A stretch of 64,000 nucleotides of DNA. Origin: the human T2T-CHM13v2.0 reference genome, Homo sapiens. The stretch lies in NCBI RefSeq assembly GCF_009914755.1, contig NC_060947.1; one strand, written 5' to 3'. The notes under the pieces were generated by a model. That model was not told the DNA's origin. It saw only the letters and a list, made by a program, of their open reading frames with translations, and searched no databases. The translations under genes and the position numbers were made by a program. This document shows positions 14,689 through 26,219 of this stretch, one piece after another (position 1 is the first letter of the stretch; every line of letters starts with the position of its first letter).

Positions 14689-16132
14689 TGCTCTTTTACT
14701 GAAAGTCTCATTTTTATTATTTCCTTATTTCTGGTTGCTTTTGGGTTCGCTTTGCTCTTCTTTTTTCTAATTTCTGAAGGTGGGGATTTAGACTATTATT
14801 TTTATATTTTTCTTCTTTTCTAATCTAAGTGTTTAGTGTTATAAATTTCCCTCTCAGTAGTACTTTAGCTGCATTATACAGATTTTGATACGTTGTATTT
14901 TCACTTTCATTCTGCTCAATGCATTATACGTACATAAGCCATCACCATCTACTGGTGTCAATATTTTACCACTTCAAGGGAAGTGTAAAAAGCTTACTTC
15001 CCTTTAAGTCTCTCTACATCCCCCCTTTTCTAATGTAATGTTCTTAAATATTTCCTCTACCTACCTTGAGTACTACACTAAACATTGTTATAAATTTTGC
15101 TTCAACTGTCAAACATAATTTAGAAAACTCAAGAGAAGGAAAGACCACTGTTTTTACTCATATTTTTGCTTTTCAGCCATTCTTTCTTCTTCCTTGATAT
15201 TCCAGTATTCCTTTTTAAATAATGTCTTTCCATTTTAAGAACTTCCTTTACCCATCCTTTTAAAGTAAGCCTGTTGGCATAAAATTCTCTTGGTGTTCCT
15301 CATCAGGTGGCGTTCCTCCTCCATCTGAGAACGTCTTGTTTTACCCTTCATTTCTGCAGGATATTTTTGCTGGACATAGAACTCTGAGTTGACAGTTCTT
15401 TTTATTCAGCTCTTGAAAATACTGTGCTATTTCCTTCTGGCTTCTATTACTTCTGATGAGAAATATTCTGTAATTTGAGTTGTTTCCCCCATAAGTAAGG
15501 TGTTGTTTCTCTCTTGCTGCTTTCAGTATTTTTTGTCTTTAGTTTCAGAAGTTTGATTAAATGTGTCTTGGTGAGAATTTCTTTGGGTTTATCCTGTTTG
15601 GTATTTGTCAGCTTCTCGAATCTGTAAGTTTATCCTTTTTACTGAATTTGCAGAATTTCTGACCATAATTTCTTTGAATAAGTTTACAGCTCCACCTGGA
15701 CATGGATTCTAATGATATGAATGTTATATTTGTTTTTATAGTCCCACAAGTTCCTTGAGGCTCCCTTCATTTTATTTTCAGTGCATTTTGCCTATGTTGT
15801 TGAGACTGGATAATTTCTATGCTTTTTTCAAGTTCACAGATTCTCTGTTTTCTCCCTTGCTTTCAAGCCCAATTCATTGAGTTTTCTTTTCAGTCACTGT
15901 ATTTTTCCACTGAAAAGAATTCCATTTTGTTCTTCTTTATATCTTCTATTTCTTTGCCAAGATTTTCTGTCTTTTCATTTGTTTCAAGCATGTTTGTAAT
16001 TCCTTATTGAATGATTTTCATGATGGCTGCTTTAAAATTAGTCAGATAATTCCAATACCTGTGTCGATTCAGTTTGGGCATCTATTATTTTTATTTTTCT
16101 CATTCAGTTGAAATTCTCGTCTGGACTCCTTG

Positions 16133-16206
16133 TCTGGAACCAAAAGTTTCCCCTTTGTTACCTTGTTCTCCCCTTTAAGGAAGGCCACAAGGAGACCCAT
16201 GAATCT
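16133..16206 (+). repeat. 74-bp direct repeat, copy 1 (inserted within the L1)
   Basis: 68/74 identical to 17087-17160, ungapped. Confidence 0.95.
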
Positions 16207-16941
16207 TGGTTCATGGTATGACAGGTGACTTTTTATTGAAACCTGGATACTTTGCATATTATTTTATGAGACTCATCTCATTTAAGTCTGCTCTAGCAGG
16301 AATCCTCTGTCAGTGCACTGGCAAGGAAAGGAAGACATCACTGTCTTACTGCAAGGTTGAGATAAACGTCCAGATTCCCAACTCTGCCTTTGACACCCCA
16401 GGGTGGGAGCGGTGCCTCTTTACTACTGGGTAGATATAGGATTTCAAGCTCCCCACAAGACATCCACCGACAGTGGGAGCAGGGAAGGCCTCATCACAGC
16501 CAAGCAGGGATAAAAGTCCTGGCTTCCCACTCAGCCTTCTCTGATACCATCCCAGTAGCTTGTGGGTGGATTGAGGCACCTTGTTACAGCCAAATGAGAG
16601 TGTAAGGCTAGGCTCCCCACTCAGCTTTTGCTGTCATGAGTAGAGGGCAGAGCCACAGTTTTTTTCTGTGGCATTTGGCTGGAGTACAGTGGTATTGTCT
16701 AATGGTTTTCTGTCTTGCTACACACCTCTTTTCTGGTCCTTTGGCTACAGAGAACAGGCTTTTGTTGGAATTGGTTTTTCTGTTTGTTTTGTTTTGTTGT
16801 TTTTTTTAAATCTGTTCTCATTGGTGTTTCTGTTTGCTGCCTTCTCCAGCACCCAAGGAAGTCACCACCATATTGTTCCTTGAGTCCTGTGTTTCTTAGC
16901 TGGTCTGCCTTCTTCTCTCCACTTTTCAGAGTCAGATAGAT

Positions 16942-16981
<40 letters not shown>
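16942..16981. repeat. (GATA)10 tetranucleotide STR with degenerate flanking units
   Basis: Ten perfect GATA units, preceded by agatagat and followed by taaaagataaatagatag. Confidence 0.97.
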
Positions 16982-17086
16982 TAAAAGATAAATAGATAGT
17001 TCTCTATACAGATATAGATGTATATCATTCCAAGTTTTTAGCTGTATTTTGCAGGAGGAAACGAGAAGTATGTCTACTTCTTTTCC

Positions 17087-17160
17087 TCTGGAACCAGAGG
17101 TTTCCCCTTTGTTACCTTGTTTTTCCATTTAAGGAAGGCCACAAGGAGAACCATGAATCT
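17087..17160 (+). repeat. 74-bp direct repeat, copy 2 (at the L1 5' end / unique flank junction)
   Basis: tctggaaccagaggtttcccctttgttaccttgtttttccatttaaggaaggccacaaggagaaccatgaatct. Confidence 0.95.
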
Positions 17161-18915
17161 GCTCTAATTGATTTTTACGAAAGGAAGGAGAAAAAGACAG
17201 GAAATAATTCACAATCTCCAACTCTTTCATCGTAATTAGTGAGTGACAAGTAGTTTGTAACACTCTCAGTGTATCTTGATAATGAGCTTGAGAAAGGCTG
17301 AGTGCTAGCACTCACTAAAGTGGAGGCTGGGATCAAGATTTTATTTCAGTACCTGCAGTGATCAATTACCCTTCCACCTTCTAAAGTTGCTTCTAGCCTT
17401 TCCTCTTATCCAAGCCTACCCTGTTTCAGTCTGGAAGAGTCTCAGGTGTATGCCCACAGAACCTTGGTATCTGGCTCTCTAGGTCTTGTTTGTGTGGGCA
17501 CAGGAGACAAGCTGGGAAATCCAAGCCCAGAGGTTCTTACCCAGCCTTGCCCACAAGGCTACTGCCTAAGGGCTTCCACCCCTAGAAGCTTTGGCCCTTG
17601 GGATCATCCCTCTTTCTCTTCTTCTGCAGCCTGACTTTTTATTCTCAGCTTCCCTCTTCCCTGCAGACACTGCCTCCGCTCCCCTCCCCCACCCCCGTCC
17701 ACCGCCCCGGCATACTACCCAGCTCTCTAATGGCTCAGGGAAGCACATTCCACACTCCTTCTTGGGGCTGAGGCCAATGAAGCAGTGGCAGCTGTTCAAG
17801 AATGCAGGTTGTGTTTGTGTGTGTGTTATGGCGGGGGCTGGGGCGGGGGGCTGCCTGCTTTCCTGGCCTGGAGCCAGGGGTGGGAGATTTCCCCCAAAGG
17901 GCTATAGTTTCCAGGGTTATTGGGAGAGCTGGGGGCCGAGGCCAAAGAGAGGGCAACAGCATATAGTATCCCTACCTCTAGGGGCTTCAGTCTGGGGTGA
18001 GAGTACTGCAGTGTTTGGATTACTGAGGCCACTGTGGTACCCTTTTTGGGGGATGCTTGGCAAATGCTTTTGGGGGCCAGCCCTACCATAGGGCCTGATT
18101 GACTAGGCTTCTTGGGACCAGCTCCTCACCTACACTGTAACCTCAGTTTTTCCACTTGCAAAATGGGGGCAATATTCTAGGAGCCTTCATGTCCTAGGTT
18201 CAGAGACTTCTTTAAAGGCCCTGTCTATTCCATCCTGGCATTTTCCCAGATCCCAAATGGTCCCATGACCCTTTGACTGGATAAATAACCATTACTGTGA
18301 CTGTGCTGAAAAGCTAGCCATTGTTGGGTTTTAAAACACAGATTTAAATCTGCTGTAGAAAATATACTTTTAAAAAACCCCAATACCCTACCACACATTT
18401 TTGCATGCCTTGAATTTTGGACCTGCCCACGGACCACTTGAAGGCCCCACAGACCACTGCTATTCCCTGGACCACCCCTGGAGAACCACTGTCCAAAGGA
18501 AGCCTGTGAATGGGGCTTAAAGACTGAGGTGGGGCCTGGGGAGATAGTTTAGGGAGGGAGTTGTCCTGAGACAAGGAAGTAAGTCAGATTGGCAAGAAAC
18601 AGAACTCTGGGGATGGCAACAGCCCTGAAGCCTGCTCAGATAAATCTATTGGGAAATGGGCTGAGTAGCCCCAAATAGAGGTCAGTCCCTGGGTAGAAAA
18701 AGGCAGCAGCAGCAGCAATGAAGGCACCAGGGTAGTCTGCTCAAGGGATGGATCCTGAAGAGAGGGGACCTCTGGTGGAAAGCCTAGTCCCACTGCCAGT
18801 TGTCAGTGAGACAGACAAATACCTAGAAATGAGAGCTTTGAGGGAGCCCAGAAAAGATCTGAGCCCAGGCATTCCCCACTCTTGGAGGAAAGCTCAGGCT
18901 ACCCAAAGGGGCACC

Positions 18916-19265
18916 ATTTATTCATTCACCAAAAATTCATGCATCATCTATTATGTTCTGGGCCACGTGTTAGATGCCAGAAATACAGCTATGAGGTACA
19001 CAGGCCCACCCTCAAGGGATCCCAATCTAATGGAGAAGACAAGTAAACAATTATAGTACAGTTTAGTCAGAGATCTGTGGGAGCTCAGAGAGGGGACCCA
19101 ACCCAGATGTGGAATCAAGGAAGGCTTCCTGGAAGAGGTGATATCTAAACTGGGAATTAAAAGGTGAGATGGCATTATTCAGGGGAAGACGGGGCAGAAA
19201 GGAACAGTGGTTTCAGCAGAGGGATCAGCATATGCAAAGTCTGTAGACCACAGTCAGTGTGGCTG
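18916..19265 (-). mobile_element. L2 LINE 3' fragment
   Basis: atttattcattcacc...tattatgttctgggccacgtgttagatgcc...aatcaaggaaggcttcctggaagaggtgatatctaaactgg. Confidence 0.75.
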
Positions 19266-19869
19266 ACTTTCTGGCATCATTGGCTCAGTCCCTAGGCTTG
19301 GTCCCGGCAAGGTTTGACATGCCCTATTCCCAGGTCTTTGGGTCACTTGTGCCAAAAATGTCAGGAGCCCTTCTCACCCTTGGAAGAACCTGACCCCACA
19401 GTAGGATGAAGCTGAAGTAAAGCTCGGCCCAGGGACCTCTGAAGGTGGGTGGGAGGGGGCAGAGTCTCAGAGAGAGTAGAGCCAAAGCATCCAGGGAACC
19501 AATCATGATGACCATTGGCCAGGGGAGGATGTGGGCAGAGAAAGTGACAATGCCTGCTCCTGGCATGGTGCTTTATAGTGTGTGGGAACTCCATCTGCTA
19601 CCATGGTCTGTGAAGCTTACAGCGGTCCTGGAGGGTGCACCTAAAGCAGGACTTAGCACTGCTGGGCATGAGGGCAGCATGCTAGAGGAGCAATGACCTG
19701 CTCATGGCTCCTCAGCAGAAGTAGTTGGGGCATGGCTTATCCCAGGCCCACATCGGTCTTTCTTTGGAAGCTACCAATGGTTTGTGTAATCAGGGAGCTG
19801 AAAGACGGGGACTGGGCATGCGGTGGTCATGAAGATACAAGGAAAACATTTTGGCTGTCTCCAGGAGCT

Positions 19870-20175
19870 GCAAAGAAGTCCATCCAACCCCCTCATAGTA
19901 CATTTGGGAGAAGGAGGCTCAGAGAGCAGGAAGAACTTACCCACAGTTGTGCAGCAAAGCCAGAGCTGGGCTAGGAGCCATGCTGTGGGGGTGCCCTCTG
20001 CTTGAGTGGCCAGCTGCATGCTACAGATGGAAAGCAGTAGTGGACCCTGGTTAGGCAGCAGCCTGGAAGGCAGACAGCTTCCATTCAATTTCTGACTTGC
20101 CTACCCACTTGCTGTTTGACCTTAGGCCTCGGTTTTCTATTCTGAAAAAATGGGGATAATAAGCAGAGCTTATAT
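19870..20175. mobile_element. Two degraded MIR fragments (minus ~19870-19980; plus ~20085-20175)
   Basis: gaggctcagagag...acttacccacag and cacttgctgtttgacctt...cctcggttttctattctgaaaaaatggggataata. Confidence 0.55.
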
Positions 20176-20949
20176 CCTAGGACTGGGAAGTCCAAATAAA
20201 CCAATAGCCATGAGCTGGGTCAGGGAAGAGGTGGTAGGAAGGAGACTGGGCAGGTCCCTGGAAGCTGAGCCTGGCAGGCATGACAGCTCCAAATCTAGGA
20301 TCCTCGCAGGGCACCATTTCGGCCTTCTGATCCCCTCCTCAGAGATAGGCAGCCATAGCTTCCTTGCAGGACTCGTTAGTGATTCTCTCCATGCCCATGC
20401 CTGTCCCTCATTTTTCTGGCTGCCTCCCCTCCCCGCCACCCAAACTCCAGGAGCAGGGACTTCATTCTTTCCATGTGGTCCTGCTTCCCACTCAGGAGCC
20501 CGGGGGGCCTGACTGATGCCTGTGGGTGAGCTGGGTCTGTGCTAGCCCAGGGTCTCCGCTAGCCCAGGGTCTCCCGCAGGTAGAGGACCACTCTGGTGAA
20601 CTTTCAGCTGCCCTCCTCAGCCTCCAGCATCTCTGGGCACCTGTGCCAGGACCTTGGACCACAGAGGATCTTGCTTTTGCCACAATCCTGACCCTGGCCT
20701 TCTGGGGATGGCCCCTTTCCCTGTATTTCAGCTTCTGCTCTGCCAACAGGGCCATTCTGCTCTGCATCCTCCATGGCTTCCTTCTCATCTTGGCAACTGC
20801 CAGGGTCCAGTCAATCAAAAGTTACTGAGTGCTTAATTGGAACAACTGTCTTCCATTGACCAAGTCTTTACGGTAGGCCAAGTGCCAAGCTGAGCGCTGT
20901 ACATTCACCATCTGGCTGGATCCTCACACAGTTACTATGAGGAGAAGCA

Positions 20950-21180
20950 CTCTAGAGTGCTGGTTAAGGACACATACTCTGCAACCAGACATCAGATCCT
21001 AGCCTCAACTCCTTCCTAGCCAGGTGATCTCAGACAAAGTGACTTCACATCTCTGTGCCTCAGTATCATTCCTTGCACAACAGAATACTAGTAGTAATTA
21101 CCTTGCAGGGTTGTTGGGAGGTTTAATCCAAGTAAAAGAAATGGATCAGTCCTCAGTGAGTGGTAGCTATGATTATTGCT
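20950..21180 (+). mobile_element. MIR SINE
   Basis: tggttaaggacacatactctg...gtgatctcagacaaagtgacttcacatctctgtgcctcagt...accttgcagggttgttgggaggtttaa. Confidence 0.75.
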
Positions 21181-22209
21181 ATTTCACAGGTGGGGAAACA
21201 CTGGTTCAAAGAGGGGCCAGGTGGGATGGAGTGGGGCCAGAAATCCCAGGAATTGCTGCAGCACTGTCCTCAGGCTGTGGTGAAATTTGACATCAACTTA
21301 TCCCCCACCAGAGACACGGATATCGGTTTCCTGGGCTGTTGCTAGAGAGGGAGCCCTGATCTGAACCCCACGGAGTCTGCCTCACTCACTCCAGCTCCTT
21401 CCTTTAGTCACCTTCTCCCTACCCTCCACCAGGGGTTTTGTTCTCTCAACAGAAGAATCATTCAGGATGGGTGCTTGTGATCTGCCATGAAACATCACCT
21501 CAGCTTCAAGACCTCCATTCATGGGCCCCAGCCTCTGCCTTGCCAAGCCCACATTCCCCTCACCTTCTTAAACACTACTATTCAGTGTGCTGTCACCCTC
21601 CCCAGGAAGCAGCCCTCAGTCACACACAAATTCAGGTCTCACCACTTTCTCATTGGCTGGAGTCATTTTGCCCCCAGCATGCTTTGGGGACTGGACCATT
21701 GGAATGGTGACACGCCCCTCTCTTCCTTCTCATATTCTCTAGGTCTGAAATATCTTTTCACTTCCTCATAGCTAAGTTCTGTCCTCCTCTCTTTTAAGCT
21801 CTCTTGGATGAAGCCTCTTTTGGGTAGCCTGTCAGGATTGAGAGGCCAGAAGATAGAATGATTTCAAAGGCATCATTATTGGTTGACTGGGAGCTACCCT
21901 CACAGTCAAAGAATGACCCACTGAGGGCTTAGGTGGCATTTGCCTAGTGCCCTGTATTTCAGGAGTGCTTTGTCTCAGAATGTGAGTTCCCTGAAGCCTT
22001 GGGATCAGCCCACTCTCGAGAGATTCCGACAGTGACAGTGCAGCAGTGGTCTCTGGAAGTGGTGGCAATGTGGTCCCAGCTGCAGAAGATGAAGGGCCCA
22101 GTCTCTGTACCCTCGTTTGACTTTGGTGTGTGCCAGCTAGAGGTCAGGGGCATGGAGTACTTGACATTTCAAATCTCCCATCAGCCAGAGTCATCAGAAC
22201 ATATGATAC

Positions 22210-22385
22210 GGTAGAAAAAGCCCTAGACAGGGAGTCGAGCTGACCTGATTGAGACCCCACTCCCCAGCTTACTTGGACATGTTATTTGGCCTGTAGGAGC
22301 CTTGATATGAGTTCATGTGTGCAAAGCACTTAGAGCTGTGCCTGGTGCATAGTAGATGCTCGATACATTGGGCTATTATTATTAT
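22210..22385 (+). mobile_element. MIR SINE fragment
   Basis: atgtgtgcaaagcacttagagctgtgcctggtgcatagtagatgctcgatacattgggctattattatt is the MIR 3' end. Confidence 0.7.
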
Positions 22386-23429
22386 CCTTCCCACCTCTGT
22401 TTCCCACATCTTCCCCACTACATCTGGCCCAGCCCAGAATCATATCCCCTCAGAGTCCCCAGGTGCCCTCGTGCCTGGCAGGGCAGAGGGGGGTGGAGGG
22501 GCCCCTCTCGGAGGGAGCTGGAGCAGGACAGCAGGGGTCCATGTCATCCTGAAACTCCTCCCTGCACTCTTTGGTGGGAGATTGGGGGAGGGCCATGGAG
22601 GCTCAGGCTGGCCCAGGCACTGAGGTCAGGGACTAGGGCTTCAGCACAGGGAGTAGTCAGGTCTAGGAACAGGAAGGGCATGGCACAGGGAGGCTTGGCT
22701 GCCAGTCCCAGATTTTCCAGGGACTCCATGTGCCCTCTGCTGAGTCCCTGGTCCTATCTACAATGTGAAGGTGGGGATAGGGCTGGTTGTGTCAATGGTC
22801 TCCAGTGGTCCCTAGCTAGGCCAATCCATGGATGTGAGAAGATGGAGGAGAGATAGCTGGGGAAGAAGTCTCTAGCTTTGACACTCCAACAGGGGGCAAT
22901 GCAGCCAGGGGCTGGCTCCAGGCCCTCTGGGGAATGAATTACCACAGGGACCTTGCAGGTGGGGCAAGTGTTGAGCAGGAAGCCACCCTGTTGGCTGGCA
23001 TATTGGAATGGGAGCCAGGGACAACCAGTGACAAATCATTCTCTGTGTCTCTATCCAGAACAGCTTCCCCTTGGCAGGAGTGAGAGTCAACAAACAAGGG
23101 CCAGGGCAGCCCCAGCCCTGTGCAGGCTGCCAGGGCCAGGCAGTGCCCCCTGGGGACCCTGGCGAGCCTAGGTATATTCTGGGCAACAGCTGAGGCCCCT
23201 GGTCTCTGACTTTGCTATTTTCCCTTCCCAGAGCTGGCCCAGACTGTAAGGGAAAGCTAAAATGGGGTCCTCCCTTAGTCCCCATGCCAGGCCTGGGAAT
23301 AAGGCTTGTCTCTAGCCAGTGCACACAGAGCCCATCCCTTGTCTTCTTTCCCTTGCATGGTCCTTCTAGCCAGGACCTGAAAGACAGCTTTTTCTGACAT
23401 TTCTGGGCCTAGCTGACTCCAATCTGGGG

Positions 23430-23575
23430 TTACTGTCTCAACTCTGTCCCTGGTCTACTAGTTGACCAAGCAACTGAGGCCCTCTTGCCTTCTCTGGGCC
23501 TCAGTTTCCTCCTCAGTAACCTGAATGGGGGCATGGTCTTGGTGAACTCCAAGGCACCTTCTAATTGTGAAATCC
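23430..23575 (+). mobile_element. MIR/MIR3 SINE fragment
   Basis: Core ccttctctgggcctcagtttcctc, followed by the MIR3-type end tccaaggcaccttctaattgtgaaat. Confidence 0.6.
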
Positions 23576-23792
23576 CAGGAGTTGGAGATTGTATTGCAGG
23601 TTCTGGCTTTCTTTGCCCAGGTTCCAGGAGAACTCTGATTCTGACTTCCAACTGAGCACCCCAGCCACCTGCACTAGCCTCCGTCCCCTAGGAGGAGCTC
23701 CCTTCAACCACACTTAGGTCTCCTTCCAAATTCAAGCCTTTTCTCACCCTTCCTAGGCCTTCTTTACTTCTAGGGGAGCCTGGACCTCTTAG

Positions 23793-23794
<2 letters not shown>

Positions 23795-23826
<32 letters not shown>

Positions 23827-23843
23827 ACACGCATGCGCATGTG
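23795..23843. repeat. (GT)14 microsatellite extending into a 49-bp purine/pyrimidine alternating tract
   Basis: (GT)14 then gcgcacacgcatgcgcatgtg, with no break in alternation. Confidence 0.95.
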
Positions 23844-24044
23844 AATGTGTGTGTGCACAGGCAGGTATGCTCATGTTCACACCCAGGTGTATCTCCACCT
23901 CTACCCATATCCATATCTCTACGTAAACAGGGAAAATGCTAACACATCTTGACCCCTCTGCACCTGCACAGTATACCTGAAACAGTTGTAAACACATTCC
24001 TGGGACCCAAATTCACAGTCATCAGGCAGAGCACACATGGGACT

Positions 24045-24240
24045 TAGCCTTTCTTAGTTTCCTCATCTGTCAAAATGCTCATTTCATGGGGTTTTATGAG
24101 ACCTCATTCATTCACTCAACAAATATCTATGGAATATTTACAGTGGGCCAGGCACCATTCCAAGTGCTCAGATTAAATGACATACTATGTGTAAAGCATT
24201 AAGTCCCATGCCAGTCATGTGGCAAGAGCTCAGTTAAGGT
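24045..24240 (+). mobile_element. MIR SINE interrupted by a short minus-strand L2 3' end (~24105-24168)
   Basis: cttagtttcctcatctgtcaaaatg...[tcattcattcactcaacaaatatctatggaatatttacagtgggccaggcacc]...gattaaatgacatactatgtgtaaagcatt. Confidence 0.7.
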
Positions 24241-24267
24241 GAATTTTCTCACCTTCATCCTCCTAGT

Positions 24268-24490
24268 AATAACCAACATCTATTGATCACCTACTATGTG
24301 CCATGCACCACTATAAGCATTTTTATTCTCACATTCCTCACAAGTCATTGAAGTAGGCATTATTATTATCATCCCCCCCATTTTACAGATAGGGAAACTG
24401 AGGCCCAGAAAGAAATTTGTTCAAGGCCACATGGCTAGTAAATGGCAGTCTGTCCCAAAGTCCATGCTTTTGACCACTCTAATGTACTGC
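24268..24490 (-). mobile_element. MIR SINE
   Basis: aacatctattgatcacctactatgtgcc...cccattttacagatagggaaactgaggcccaga...aaggccacatggctagtaaatggcag. Confidence 0.85.
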
Positions 24491-25372
24491 CTCTCTGACA
24501 AGAGCTAGCAGCTTTTTCTGCCACAAGGGATTTGTATGTGCACAGACACATGCATTGTGCACACACACATTCATGCTACAAATTTTGCTCATGTTTAGTG
24601 GCCCAGGCCCTGTGCAGCCCCACAAACATGAAATCACACATCCTCTATATATTTGCAATGCCTCTTCCCAGCAGACCCACAGAGGCACAGCCCCTACCCC
24701 GCCTGGACCTGTCTTCACCCCTGCTGGACACAAGCATGTACATGCACACGAACAGAGTCTTGCTCACACACACTCCTTCCTCAGCTTTCCTGGCCACGAT
24801 GAGGGGGAAGAAAAGAGAAGGAATTTTATCTGCAATTCGAGGCTGTGCGGTGGGTTCAACTAAGGTAGGCAAGGTCAGCAGGCAGGGGGAGGGGAAGCCA
24901 GGGGGATAGCTGTGGTCAGAGACAAAGGGCTGGCTGGGGAAGGAAGGTTGTAGCAGTGGGAGGAGAAGGACAGGGGGGAAGGGGGAACTCCATATCTTGA
25001 TAAACATGCAAGGTCGGAGAGAGGGGATGGGGGGATTGGATTTGCAAGAACTTTCTCAAGCCATAAATTTTCACAGGCTCCCTGAAGCCCAGAGCCTGGA
25101 GGCCAGAGGCCGGAAACCTGAGCGAGTCCTGAGACAGCCAATCTCAGGAGCAGCAGGGTCAGGGCCCAGGCCCAGGTTGGGGAGGTGGTGTGGGGCTGTC
25201 CAACCTTCTGGGCTCTAGCCCTGTGCCCCCAGCTCAGGGATGAGAGTGGTGTCCTGCTCCAGAGTGGGTCTCCACATTGAGGTTTCCCAGTTCTCCCGCC
25301 GTGCTGGCTCCCCTGTGGATCCACACCTGTCTTCTGATGCGAAAAATGATGTGTCTGTGTCTGTGTCTGTGT

Positions 25373-25640
25373 GTATAGTGGAGTAGCACAGTGATTTAAG
25401 AATGAGTGTCCAAGTCTGACTCCACAGCTTACTGGCTGTATGACCGTGGGCAAGTTATTTAACCTCTCTGAGCCTCCTTATCGTCATCTGTAAATGAAGA
25501 TGGCTATTGCTACCTTATAGGGTTGTAGGCATGGATTGATACAAAGCAAATGACAGGCTGAGCACAGGGCTTGACACACAGTCAGTGCTCAATAACTTGA
25601 ATGGTTATTATTATTATGTTGAATGGTTATTATTATTATT
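25373..25640 (+). mobile_element. MIR SINE, near full length, with a tandemly duplicated 22-bp tail
   Basis: cttactggctgtatgaccgtgggcaagttatttaacctctctgagcctc...catctgtaaatg. The tail ttgaatggttattattattat(g/t) occurs twice, at 25597-25618 and 25619-25640. Confidence 0.85.
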
Positions 25641-26219
25641 TTGAGCCCACCAACTCAAGAGCCTGCCAAACTCAGGCCCAGAAGCCAAGGATCCTCTGGC
25701 TCCCCCAACAACGGTGGTTGCTACCTTCTAGACATCCTCCATGATTCTATGTCTTCATCAGTGGGCATGTCTGGCATTGTACCCTTCCTGCACACTCAGC
25801 TACCCACCTAGGGCCCAGTTTGCAGTCCAAGAGTCCACCCAAGGTAGCAGACACACAAGATGCAAGCATATATTTGCACAAGGCATTCACATGTTCATCC
25901 ACACATGTCTGCACGTACCTGCACACACGTGTGCACCCATACACCTATGCACCTGCATGGTGCATGCATATGTATCTGTGCGTGATTGCAGGGGTACAGG
26001 TGCCTACACATGCTCTCAGGAACAAACACATTTACAGTTGTGATCTCAAACAACTTGCTGTCCCTCTCTGGGCCTCAGTTTTCTTACTTGTAAAACAGGG
26101 ATAACACTAATTCTTGCTTTAGCCACTTAACCGGGGCCTTGAGTAGATCAGATTAGCTATTGCCTGTGGAAGTGTGGGCTAACCTGGAAAGTTTTGTGTA
26201 AACTTTATCATTAGTCCTA

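Larger units (their letters stand above)
14689..17095 (-). mobile_element. Continuation of the outer ancient L1: ORF2 start remnant, ORF1 region and 5' UTR
   Basis: ttataaatttccctctcagtagtactttagctgcat; ORF1-type ggatatttttgctggacatagaactctgagttgacag and ttccttctggcttct...ttctgatgagaaat; 5' terminus-like agaagtatgtctacttc near 17070. Confidence 0.78.

Noticed and set aside
16133-17160. 74-bp direct repeats read as LTRs, a TSD or CRISPR repeats
   Set aside because: There are only two copies, with no TG...CA termini. They are far longer than a TSD, and the intervening sequence is continuous L1.
18230-18495. Possible hAT-Charlie (MER5-like) fragment ending ggagaaccactg
   Set aside because: Only one terminal-like motif is recognisable, too weak to call a family or boundaries.
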